From contig JAKIMF020000011.1 in the NCBI GenBank assembly GCA_022605425.2, positions 930,001-994,000 on the forward strand: a DNA stretch of 64,000 nt. The letters run 5' to 3'. A program made the position numbers and the translations under genes. The notes beneath the pieces were generated by a model that did no database searches, had not been told where the DNA came from, and was given only the letters and a program-made list of their open reading frames with translations. This DNA comes from Hamiltosporidium tvaerminnensis FI-OER-3-3. Lineage: Eukaryota; Fungi; Microsporidia. Below are positions 23,535-34,947 of the stretch, piece after piece; positions within the stretch are counted from its first letter, which is position 1; every line of letters begins with the position of its first letter.

Positions 23535-23728
23535 CTAGAAAAATCTTAAATTCCAAAAAACTTATCAAACACCAAAATCTTAATATTCTATCTGATAAAT
23601 AACTAAAACAGTAACAGAAAAATCATGACATGACTTGAAAGAATAAAAAATTATTTTAAAATTATATTTGTGAATTCTCAAAGGCTTTGTTTGAAAATAA
23701 ATATAAATACGAACTATGTGAGATACAT
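23535..23728 (+). promoter_or_regulatory. Conserved upstream region of micropeptide gene 1
   Basis: TATCTGATAA at 23589-23598 and TATAAATACG about 27 nt before the ATG; alignable with 28378-28555 and 33286-33483. Confidence 0.7.
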
Positions 23729-23899
23729 ATGAATACTTTATATATCTTTTTATTTCCATTCTATTTATTTTTTTCTCGTATTACATCACAGCTTGATATT
23801 AGAAATAGTAATTTTACAACACTTCCTGGTCACGGATATCCTCTAGAATATGCAGATAGAACCGGATTACCTGTAAAAGCACCTTATTTCACAAGATAG
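23729..23899 (+). CDS. Secreted micropeptide, family member 1 (56 aa)
   Basis: MNTLYIFLFPFYLFFSRITS|QLDIRNSNF...GYPLEYADRTGLPVKAPYFTR; paralogous to members 2 and 3; AATAAA about 20 nt after the stop. Confidence 0.8.
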   Translation: MNTLYIFLFPFYLFFSRITSQLDIRNSNFTTLPGHGYPLEYADRTGLPVKAPYFTR

Positions 23900-24694
23900 A
23901 TTGAATATTTCTTTTAATAATAAATTTTAGTCGTAAATATTTAAGTTTTATTTTTTTTAAAAAAATTATTATATTCCTAAGCAAAATAGGTATAATCAAA
24001 CGGTTTTATAAAAAAAAAAGAAGTAAGAAAATATAAGAAAGCTTTTTTATATAAAATATTTATTACATAATAAAATAATAAAATAATAAAATAATTAATT
24101 TGAATAGTTTTCTATATTTTACTTATAAATTTTTATTTCGACGTATCTTCCATTTAATATTCACAATATATTTTTAAGCAATGAATTTTTTTTGTATTGA
24201 AAATTTAAATAATAGAGATTTAAATGTAATTTATTTATAAATAATATTTCAATTTGAAAAGATAAAAATCACAATTAAAATAAATTAAATTTCATAACTG
24301 AAAAGGGAGATTATAATTTAATTTAATACATAAAATATTAAAATCTAAATTTTTATTTGCCTCTATTATTAATTTAAACTAAATCTATGTTAATTAATTG
24401 ATTAGTCTTTTTACGATTTATATATTTTTTTAAGATTTTAATAGTTTTTTTCCTAATATGTCTTAGATATATAAAGTTTGGAAGTTTTATGGTCAAAAAT
24501 TCTAAATAAATTACTCCATCTTATGCCTGCTAGGGAGTGAATAAGAAAAATTCATCCACACGATTTCTCAAATATAAGAAAGCCCTGTTCTTGATTCCAT
24601 GGTTATTAAATGTACTTTAAACTTCTCATACTGTAGTTTTTAAATTAATGCACAAAAAAATAAATTACTTCTTCATTGTATTTCCTTATTCGTA

Positions 24695-24875
24695 AATCTA
24701 CTTATATCAATAATTGAAACAACCTAGGATATTATTCATTCTCAGCTAATTCGTTTAAAGTAATTATCGTTTTTTTTAAATCTACTTATATCAATAATTG
24801 AAACAACCTAGGATATTATTCATTCTCAGCTAAGTCGTTTAAAGTAATTACCGTTTTTTTTATATCTACTTATTT
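24695..24875. repeat. Near-perfect tandem duplication of about 83 bp
   Basis: aaatctacttatatcaataattgaaacaacctaggatattattcattctcagctaa occurs twice. Confidence 0.9.
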
Positions 24876-26130
24876 AATAAAAATAAAATATTTTTCTGTT
24901 TTTTTAATATTTGTATATTTGATTTAAATTAATCTTAAAAAAAATCTTTTATTGTTGCAAAATAACTTTCTTATATTTTTTATTCTTATTCTTCTCATTA
25001 CTGTTCTTTATATCTTACAATGAATTCAAAAGTTGGGAATTCATATCTTTTTTATTTACAACTTAATAATTCAGGCAGTTTTATTGTTGGTATTAAAGAA
25101 ATTATTGTTTGTTTCATTTTAATTATCATAACCTTATTTAAATAAAAACTATTTTGTATTACAGCTCTAAACTCTATAAATATTTAAAACTGATCTATAA
25201 ATCAATGAGTTACGGCATATAACACAATACTACACGCCAAGTAACTGCTCGAAATATTTTGTTAATTCTTATTTTGGTATAAGTTTTTGAATTATGAATT
25301 AAATTATATTTAATAAAAAAAATAAACTTATTTCTATATTTAATTTACTATTTCAGTTTAGATTAGACTACTTGTATAAATTTAAATTCTAGAAAAGCCC
25401 CATGTATTTTTCTAGATAAGCTTCTTGAGTTGCAAAAATTTTATTTCTTGATCTCTGTGCCTATTTTTTTAAAAATACTGGAAATTATGGCTTTTCTTAA
25501 GCATTTTTGACAGATTTAAAACAGTTGATGAACGAAAATATTAACTTTAAAATGTCTTTTTTAGAAAAGTTGTAGATTTGTCATAATTAATTTTCTTTAT
25601 AATTACATTTATATTAATAATGAAAAAAAATTAAATTTAGTTTTAATTAAGGTCTCATAATCTTATTATCATAGAAATTTTTTTTTAAATATAGAAAATT
25701 ATTATAATTAATCTGATAATTAATATCTTAATCTTTAATAATATAAAATATAAATTAAGATATAACTGTATAAGACTAGCCTTCGTGAGATCTAGCATTT
25801 TAACTTAAAATTGCTTAAGATAGTTTATGGGGTAGCATTAATATGTACTTTGTGCAAGCCAATATCACACAGTAATTCGATATATTTATGATTAGTATTT
25901 CCTGCACCTAGCTTAAAATAAATAAAGCTTTGTACATTTGGATTTCAACTTGCATCTGTTTGACGTATATATGGTTAAATATTGAACAATTTACTTAATA
26001 TTGATTAAGAACAAAATATGTTTTCCAATTCTAAAGTAAATAATTTTAGATTTGAGTTCTATAGCCGATTTTATAAATGTTTAAGAAAAAATTATGGGAG
26101 CCACAAGTTTCTTAAAATTGATTATAATGA

Positions 26131-26860
26131 CTTTATTTAAAAGTATCACATCTTTTTAAAACAGTGGCAAGTATTATATTTGTTTTCATGACATTAACGC
26201 AGTTCTAGGTTTAACATAAATAACTGCTACCCCAAAACTCCATCAGTAACCCCTGCGATACCTACGTCCCAAAGCCTTTCATTTACCAGGTATGTAGAAC
26301 CTAAATAATAGGCGAGGCAGTTGCCCGGAGTTCGTTAATGTCCGTTGCATGGAGTGTGATCGAAGGCCGAAGCCCCCCCTGGGCTCCCCCAAGACTATGC
26401 AGCATTCCCACTTACTCTACACTTTCCGAACCCAATAAACTTCTAGCTAAGATATATTTCAGAGATTTACATGGGGTCTACCTAGACAGTGCAATGTCAT
26501 ACCAACAGGTATAACCTGCTACTTAGCTCTCCCGGCTTTTAATGGGTTTTATTTTTATATCTCCCAGGCGCTAAGTCTTCTAACCCGAGTGAACAAGGCT
26601 AGGTTTCCATGCTTTTACATGGCAATTACCTACATGTTCAGCTGCGGTCTGCAATCTGGTTACATAAAAAACTACAAATAAATTTGTAGAAAAAGTTTCT
26701 CCATTTCTTAGACCTCTCCTCCTCATAACAACTCCTATGGAACAACCGAAGATGTAGTGTGGTTTTATTCCCACCAAAAATCCAAACAATGATCTCACAC
26801 CAGTTTCACACACTCATTGCCAAGCAGAAAGTTTTTTATGTGGTTATCCTCCCTCCACCT
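26131..26860 (-). mobile_element. 730-bp SINE-like element, copy C (reference copy)
   Basis: Exact 13-bp TSD TTGATTATAATGA at 26118-26130 and 26861-26873. No terminal inverted repeats and no conserved ORF. The minus strand ends ...ttttaaataaag. Confidence 0.95.
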
Positions 26861-26966
26861 TTGATTATAATGATATTGATAGTTATAAATAAGATGGTGA
26901 GCTAAAATAATGATTTTTGTAGAGTTTAAACCGAATGGGTACGGTTTTATTGTTTTTAGTAGAAGA

Positions 26967-27030
26967 ATATAAGAGATATAAGAGATATAAGAGATATATG
27001 AGATATAAGAGATATAAGAGATATAAGAGT
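26967..27030. repeat. (ATAAGAGAT)n 9-mer microsatellite
   Basis: About 7 tandem units. Confidence 0.9.
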
Positions 27031-28377
27031 TATTCGATTATTTCATAGATTTTTTCATAGATTTTTTCAATATAGCAGTAAAAAACTTAAAATTTCAAAT
27101 AATAGCATACTAATCAAGTCTGGTTATTTAAACATGAGCAAATCGTACATATCTTAGAATTTTTGCATATGTGTTTAACATTTTTATTTTTTCAAAATTC
27201 TACTATATTGTACGTTTCTTAACGAAAAAATATATAAAAATACTTACAGGTTATGGCTCTGATATATTCTCTTTAAATATAATATCAAACCTACCTACAT
27301 ATCCTCTGAGGTTTGGCTGAAAAAACTCCGAATTTATTATCAAACTCATTTTCTGATATTTTACCATAAAAATTCAATTCCTCTTTAATATTTTATCATC
27401 TGAGTTTTTCGATTACCCTTTGATGTATTTAAGTATTTTCGCGTAGCTTCTAAAGTTACAAAGTCTTTAAAAATATTTTAAAGTGTATATTACTTAACAA
27501 TTACAAGTTATCTGATTAAAAAGTTCTGTTTTTTTCAGCCTCGAAATAATTTAAGGTTTCTTTATTCTATCACTACATTTCAAATCATATTATTCTAAAT
27601 CCTTGTGATTTTACACAATACTTTTTCATTTGGTTCCCATAAAATATAGCGTAGATCTATATATAGCTTTGAATAGAGATATTCGATGGCATTTGCTTTC
27701 TATTGTCCTCGTATATTTTTTTCATCAGTTTCTATGCCAGGTAGCATGTCTTGTAAAAGCATGCAATTAAATATTTCAATTTAATGCTATAAAACCATTT
27801 TTCTCAACCGAAAATTACTTAAAACTGTTGAAATTTCAAAAAGAAGAGATTATTTGTTTTGGTGAAATTTTAAAAGGCTAAATCGGAACCTTAAAGGTTT
27901 ATTGGCATCTAAATTCATACATAATCTTATATAGGTACGTGTTTAGTCCAAATAATCCTATATTGAAGTAAAAATATACATCATTAATAGATCGATCTTT
28001 ATCTATACCTTTAGAATAAAAGCGAAGAATGTAAATCTAGAAAAAATAAAAATAGAATATTTTCTAATAATTATTAGAAGAAGAATATTTAACTATCAGT
28101 ACTTTCTGGTTACTCCACGTCAACATTTATTTTGGTAAAGTCACGTATTATCACAGATTTTTCAATGAATTAATTCCTTTTTCATTTTTAGAACGGCTTA
28201 CAGACTAAATAGCAAGATACAGTGATTATAATGTAATAAGAATATAGATACAATTTAATTACCAAAAATAGAAGTAAAAAGCGTAAATTAGATATATAAA
28301 AATTTCGAAAATTAAAAAATATCAACTTAGTAATATAATCTGCTACAGATAAGAAACTAAAAGAAAAGTTACGATCT

Positions 28378-28555
28378 TTGGAAAATCTACAATTCCATAA
28401 AACTTATCAGTGCCAACAGTACCTTAATATTCTATCCGATAAGAAGCCAAAACGGTAGCGAAAAAATCAAAAAAATATATTTTAGCAGCAAAATATGTCA
28501 ATTTACGTGTCTTGTTTGAAAATAAAAATATAAATACGAACTGAGTGTGATCTTT
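28378..28555 (+). promoter_or_regulatory. Conserved upstream region of micropeptide gene 2
   Basis: TATCCGATAA at 28433-28442; gtttgaaaataaaaaTATAAATACGaact just before the ATG. Confidence 0.7.
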
Positions 28556-28732
28556 ATGAACGCTTTATTTATCTTTTCACTATTTTTATACTTCTTCATT
28601 CCAAGAACTAAACCACAGCCTGATATTAGAAAAAGTAATTTTGGAGCTTTCCCTTATCCTGGAGATCGATTTGATTATGCAGCCAGAGTCGGTCTACGCC
28701 GTGTTGACCCATTTTTAGGACGAGGAATATGA
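28556..28732 (+). CDS. Secreted micropeptide, family member 2 (58 aa)
   Basis: MNALFIFSLFLYFFIPRTKP|QPDIRKSNF...GDRFDYAARVGLRRVDPFLGRGI; AATAAA after the stop. Confidence 0.8.
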   Translation: MNALFIFSLFLYFFIPRTKPQPDIRKSNFGAFPYPGDRFDYAARVGLRRVDPFLGRGI

Positions 28733-30642
28733 AAAGTTGTATTAATAAAATTTAGTTTGTAAAATTTTCTTAATTTTAATTTTGGTTTGCTTTTTTTCTT
28801 CTAAAAAATTTTATGTAAATGAAAATGTCTTTCATTACCTTAAACAAATTTATAATCTGTAGTTTCAGATGTTTTGGGAAGTATAGCAATTAAAAAGAAA
28901 TTTATTGAATAAAAAACTAATTTCTTTCTTTCTAACAAAATTAAGAAATTTTGAAATTTGCGATTTCTTTTAACCGAATTTATGTCTATTTCTCTTTTTT
29001 GTATCTTGCCTGTATATCTTGTTTTTTTATTAAATCTATAATTTCATATTCTAATCAGTGTAATTGCTTATTTAAGGAACTACTTTATGTACTGTTTAAA
29101 TATATGAGTTCCGGTGCATAATATCATTTTTTTAACAAATATTCTATATTTTCTAATAATTCGCATTTAACATGAAATTTAATAATTTGGCAACACAAAG
29201 AAAAATATTTGTAGTTTTACATTTTACAGCTAAATTTCAATCATTTTTTCTATAATTTAAATGTTATGAGAATGCTAAAATATTTGCTAAAAATTACATT
29301 TTAAAGTAAAATTAGAAAAGCATTTAACAATTATATCATAAATTATAATATTTAATTGTAGGTGTATATTACATAAATTTTTGATTTAATATAGTTAATG
29401 CTTTAGCTATTCCTACATAAGAGTTTAACATAGTCATCGAATGCAATATTCTGCCTAAATTATATCTGTCTATATATTTTTTCGATTGGCATTTGGTCTA
29501 AATATGTCTAGGGTTTAATCTTGGATCATTTCATTTCTAAATTTTTCGTATAAAAATTACAGATTATTAAATATTTTTGTGGATCTGAATTTATAATTTT
29601 TGTATGAAGAAAAGTTTTAAAATCATAAAATTTCTTTCCGTGGGAAAATACGATTGTATCAAATCTTAATTTATAAATAAATGCTTAATATCATTTATTA
29701 AGAATGTCTATAAAACTGATTGCGTATTTTCTATTTTCTAAATTACATTTTTGTGCTAAAATAGCAGAAACAGATTCATCTTGTAGTATTGTTACCTTGT
29801 TTCTAACCTTATGAAGAAACTACGAGTAAAATGGCTTATAATTTTCAATTGAAATTAATTGAAATTATATATTTTCCCTCTTAAGTTTGTTATGTTTTTA
29901 CGTAAGATTTTTTGTGGTTTTCTTTCGGTCATTGTAACAATTTTATATTTGAGTCGATTAATGTTTTTATTTCAAAAAATAGGTTCAATTAAATTTCCAC
30001 CTATTGTCTTGAATAATCTAGCAGATGTTATCTAATTTGTTTCCGAAAAGTATAGAAGCTAGCATTAAGGTATTTTTTTAGAATTCAACGCGGTGTAAGT
30101 GATTATTAGCCCAATCTAGACAAATATGAATGCCTGTTACATTGTTAAACGATAACTTAGATTAATCGATGAACCGGATTGTATCATCCTATTTTAGCTT
30201 AGTAATCATAACTTTATATTCAAGGGTTTAGAGTCTAAATAATTAATGAGATCGAAAATTGATTCTATTTTAAGTTGAGAGTTATGGTGCATAAATCTGT
30301 AGTAATGCATTTTTTTACGTCAAATAAACCATCTATTAGACTTATATATCTTAAACATTTAATGTTTTTAAAACCTCATTTTCATTTCACGAGAGAACGT
30401 ATAATCTTTAGATCATTATTTTTGTCTACACTATATTATGGTAGCAAAATTTCCTTTTTGTCTAAGGTGTTTCAAGTCTATATTTTACAAAAATACTTTA
30501 ATTGTATGTCGTAGAAGAGCTACTCTTCCTAGTAATGCCGTATTTATTTGATTTGCTTGGTATTTATACGGAATCAAATTATAAATTATCCAATAAAAGA
30601 GTTAATTAAATATACATTTTAATAAATTTATATTCAGTTCTT

Positions 30643-31349
30643 TAATAAGAGAAAATAAGCACATAAACAACCATCTGCTTGGCAGTGATTATGTGAAAGT
30701 GGTGCTACGTTCTTTGTTTGGGATAAATCCACACCAAATTTTTGGTTATTCCGTGCGATTTGTATAGGAGGGAATGCCAAGAAATAGCAAAACTTTTTCT
30801 AAGAATTTATTTTGTATTTTTTTATGAGACAAGATGGCAGACAGGCGACTACTTTTTAGGTAATTGATGTAGAAGCATAGAAAATTAGCCTTAATCAGTT
30901 GGACTGAAAGACATAGCACGTTAGGCATAGAAATAAAATACCTTGATGCCATGAAACAAAGTAGCAGGTTATGACTGTCGATATTACATTGCACTATTTA
31001 AGTGGACCCCATGTAAGTTATCGGGATATATCTTCGCTATAAGTTTATCAGATTCGGCAGGTGCAGAGTAAGCAGAAATGCTGCAAATTCATAGAAAATT
31101 CTGGGGGTGTTTTAGCCTATGCTTAAATGCCATGCAAAAGAACATTAACGAACTACGAACCAGTAGCTCGCTCATTAATTACTTTCTACAGATCTGTTAG
31201 ATGAAAGAGTTTGAGATGGAGTATTATGAAGGGATTTCGATGCGGTGTTGGACGAGAATTTAATTATGTTAAACATATAACTACGTAAATGACCTGGAAA
31301 CAATATACACTTTCCATCGTTTTAATCAGATGTGTTATTTCTAATAAAT
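30643..31349 (+). mobile_element. About 730-bp SINE-like element, copy D (old, opposite orientation)
   Basis: tctgcttggcagtga, agtagcaggttat, cattgcact, ggaccccatgtaa, acattaacgaact and agatgtg..taataaa are colinear with the reverse complement of copy C. Ends approximate. Confidence 0.85.
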
Positions 31350-33285
31350 ATTTTCTGTCTTATTCGTAAATTATTTTTTAGATATAATTGGTTATAAGTT
31401 TCAATTTCGGATTATTTGCATTCTAAAGATTTGAACAAAACAAGAGAATATTCGTTCTATGTTTAACGATAAGAGCAATATTTTTTTAGACCATATATCT
31501 TTGAAATATAAGTTTCAGTTTTTGAAAAGTTGTTATCGTGTGCAATATTTAGGGTGATTTTTTTTCAGCTTTTTTTAAACTTTCTAAAAATTTTTGGGAT
31601 ACAAATCGAAGTCTATATTAGGTATTAGATGTTTCCAATCTAAATGAACAAATTTTTTACATCATATGCAATTTTTTTATGTTTCAGAAACATGTAATTA
31701 ATCATTAATTGAAATTGTTTTCATTTTGGTTTTAAATCATAAATTACCCAACAAAATTATATAAAAAATGAAATTCTATAACATAAGTTACTCACAGTAA
31801 TATTAATGTGTTTATGATGAGTTGTAAATTTCTATTTGGGAAATTTTGAATGTGAAGTTGACTTAGAAAGTTTGAAAATTAATGAAAAAATATGACTTTG
31901 ATAGAATATTTTAAGAACAACCGAAATGTTTAATATGAGATCTTTGGTTTTTGTTATTACATATTTGACATTTAAAAATATCTTTCAATGTCAAATATAT
32001 ATTTTTAGTTTATTTCAAAGATTGACAACAATATTGCAAGGATGCATATTAAAACCAATATTTTCGTTTTATAGCTTTCTTATTGTTAATACAATATAAG
32101 AGCCTGGTAATTTAATGACCTTTGACTTGATTTTACTAATTATTAGTCCATATAATTCATTTCGGAATCGCATTTGAAATAAAACTTTACATGCTTCATT
32201 TATGATAATTAATCTTATAATAGAAAAGAATTAAAATTTGCGTTTTTTAGATTGGATTTTTCTATCTTAAAAATAGATTTTAAAAGTTAAAGTTTTTCAA
32301 AAAAAACTTCACCGGATTTTAATCACAAGCTATCTCATATAACTTATATTACTTGTAAAATATTTGAATTTATGTATTATTTATATGTAAAAACAAGTCA
32401 GTATATTAGAAAATTTTTGGAGTATTCTGTTCCGAGCTATAAATCTACTATTTCTTTTAAAAGTCTCAATTTAAGGAAATCTTTTACTATTGTTCTATTG
32501 TGATTATTTTCTTTATATTTGTAGTTTTTAGATAATTTTGCAGTACGAAAATGTAAAAAAACATATATTTATATTCTAATAATGGCAACCTGAAATCTTT
32601 CTTTCTTCTCGTCTCATATAATTTAATTTTACAGACACAAGAGGCTCGCTTTGCTAGTATATTGCCGGAGAACGTAATATATAATTGCGCTATTCCTCTT
32701 ATACTACACCTCACATTCCTCACATCATTCTCGAAGGCAAAGAAAGAATTTTTTATGGTGGTAAATTTTTATTAAGTAAGTAATAAATTTATCATGATTG
32801 GTTCTTTTTTTCAGTAGTAAAATTCATTGAATATTTCCGTGTCACGTAGGGGATATTCTCACATAGAATTTTCATAATAAATTAAGTTTACTATTAGTAT
32901 TACTAATATATTTATTCACAGTCAGATATATACATCAGTTTGACACATTTAAAAGATAATTTATTCTTCCTGTAGCTTAAGTTACGAGCAATTCTTGTTT
33001 AGCATTTCTTTAATGTCTATCAAGCAATCACTTCTACATGCACATCTGTCCTTTGTTGATCTTTCACAAATTTTTACAGCCAATATTTTATTCCCCTATC
33101 AAATAACCTATAAAATAATTTAGAATATTTTTATGATTAAATTGAACTTAACTCTTATTACAAATATTGGAAATATTACCAATATTAAAATGAAGATATA
33201 TAAATCAAATTAAAAAAAAAATGTTTAAATAATTTAACCTATAAAAAATACAAATTACCAATTAAATTTATAAATAAATAAAATT

Positions 33286-33483
33286 TTTAGAAAAATCTTA
33301 AATTATATAAAACCTTACGAAACCAACAAACAATTTAATTTTTATCGGATAAGAAAGTAAAACAGTAACATGAGAAATCTATAAATTATTTTTAATAATA
33401 GAAAACTTTTTAAAAAATATTTGTCAGTATACGTTACACGTTTGGAAATAAAAAAGTATAAATACGTTCTATGTGTCATAAAC
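33286..33483 (+). promoter_or_regulatory. Conserved upstream region of micropeptide gene 3
   Basis: TATCGGATAA at 33343-33352, followed by aaaacagtaaca; TATAAATACG before the ATG. Confidence 0.7.
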
Positions 33484-33684
33484 ATGAATACTTTATACAT
33501 TTTTTCTTTATTTTTATATTTATTTTTCTCCCGTTCTGAAGCACAACAACAACAAAATATTAGAAAAAGTAATTTAGTATATTCACCTGCTTTTGGCTAT
33601 TCACCATCATATGCTGCTGCTGCAGGGTTACCTACCACTGCACCCGTTATTCCAAGACCGTTGGGACTACCGGCTATTGTATAA
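33484..33684 (+). CDS. Secreted micropeptide, family member 3 (66 aa)
   Basis: MNTLYIFSLFLYLFFSRSEA|QQQQNIRKSNL...GYSPSYAAAAGLPTTAPVIPRPLGLPAIV; the stop overlaps AATAAA. Confidence 0.8.
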   Translation: MNTLYIFSLFLYLFFSRSEAQQQQNIRKSNLVYSPAFGYSPSYAAAAGLPTTAPVIPRPLGLPAIV

Positions 33685-33963
33685 ATAAATTTCAGTAAAT
33701 ATTTTCTTTGTATTCTTTATATTTTTTTTACTACAAATTTTGATTTCAAAATTTTAAAAAACAAATTCTAATTTGTTTAAAAATATAAAACAAATCTAGA
33801 AAAACCGAAAAATAAAACAAATCTAGAAAAACCGAAAAAATAAAATAAACCAAAAAACAGATGTAAATGAAAATAAACCAAAAAAAAACTAGAAAATTAA
33901 AAGAACCAAAAAATATTTACAAATAAAATAAAAACGCTATTGGAACACTTTTATTGAAGTAAG

Positions 33964-34401
33964 TTATTTTGTTTTAAGTTTTCTTGCCAACCTGACATCA
34001 GAAGGGTATAAAGTAACACGTTTGGCATGTATCGTACAAGAATAGGCACTTTCAAAAAGAGAGACAACATAAGCTTCAAAAGATTCTTGAAGTGCATGAA
34101 TAGCAGTTTTAGTAAAACGAGTGACAATATTTTGTTGTTTGCTTTTTAAATTAAAAAGTGTTTGACGAACAAGACGTGTGAAAGGAAGTCTGCTCATTAG
34201 TAGGTTACTAGTTTCTTGGTAATACTTTATTTCTTTCAGAACATGACTCTGAGGTCGTGATCTCCTTGTAATTGATTTTTTTTCAGGTGCCAAGATAATA
34301 GGGGTTTTAACACTTAGAGACTTCTTTCGTGCTGCACGAAGTGTTTGGGTAGATTTGGTTGGTGAAATAATTGTTTTTGAACTTTTAACAGAGCGCGCCA
34401 T
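33964..34401 (-). CDS. CSE4: Centromeric histone H3 variant (CenH3/CENP-A-like)
   Basis: H3 fold (LKEIKYYQ, LPFTRLVR, ALQES.EAY, IHAKRVT) with a divergent tail, Q68 replaced by T, and a lengthened loop 1 (FNLKSKQQNIVTRF); CCC upstream (gcccttaaaATG). Confidence 0.8.
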   Translation of the reverse strand: MARSVKSSKTIISPTKSTQTLRAARKKSLSVKTPIILAPEKKSITRRSRPQSHVLKEIKYYQETSNLLMSRLPFTRLVRQTLFNLKSKQQNIVTRFTKTAIHALQESFEAYVVSLFESAYSCTIHAKRVTLYPSDVRLARKLKTK

Positions 34402-34674
34402 TTTAAGGGCATAAAAGGTATTTTTTATAATAAAATATATTCTTTATATTTTTCAAATCCGACATAAACTAAGATATTGCATGTATTTGTTTAATATTGT
34501 TTTAATATTCTACAAATTGTATCATTGTAATTAAATTATTCGTCAAACATAAAATTAAAAATTTAAAAAACAGGGTATTCAATACATTCAATGAACAAGA
34601 AAATTTATCTGAGAATAAACATAAAATTTTAATTTTGTAATAAGAATTATTTAAAGGAGGAATCAATTTTAAAG

Positions 34675-34870
34675 CAATAGAGTAATAGAGTAATAAAAGA
34701 AATAGAGTAATAGAGTAATAGAGTAATAGAGTAATAGAGTAATAGAGTAATAGAGTAATGGTGTAATAGAGTAATAAAGTAATAAAGTATTAGAGTAATA
34801 GAGTAACAGAAAATAGAGTAAGAAATAGAAAAACAGTAAAATATAGAATTGAAAATAGAGTAATAAAAGA
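34675..34870. repeat. (AGAGTAAT)n 8-mer microsatellite
   Basis: More than 12 tandem units, degenerating to the right. Confidence 0.9.
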
Positions 34871-34947
34871 AATGGAGAAATTAAGGAAATAACAACAAGA
34901 GTACAATAAAAATCTAAGAAAAAAATAAGTCATGAAAAGATTTGAAA

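Noticed and set aside
26235-26250. Hammerhead-like CTGATGGAG on the minus strand
   Set aside because: Does not match CUGAnGA, and no matching GAAA/NUH with closing stems was found by eye.
26485-26498. U1 snRNA-like CATTGCACT loop followed by GACCCC in the SINE (minus strand)
   Set aside because: No ACUUACCUG 5' end or clear Sm site, and the closing stem is lost in copies B and D; too short to call a U1 origin.
26579-26587. CTAACCC as a possible telomerase RNA template
   Set aside because: Too short for a template and on the strand opposite the inferred RNA.
26580-26813. ORFs inside SINE copies (26580-26813, 30746-30994, 43244-43447, 43562-43882)
   Set aside because: Different frames and strands in different copies, and indels between copies ignore codon phase.
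26131-26860. MITE or solo-LTR interpretation of the 730-bp repeat
   Set aside because: No terminal inverted repeats, no TG...CA ends, and a 13-bp rather than 4-6-bp TSD.
32487-33110. GC-richer stretch with a short minus-strand ORF (similar stretches at 38100-38430 and 54500-55000)
   Set aside because: Possibly relics of genes or elements, but I recognised no motif.
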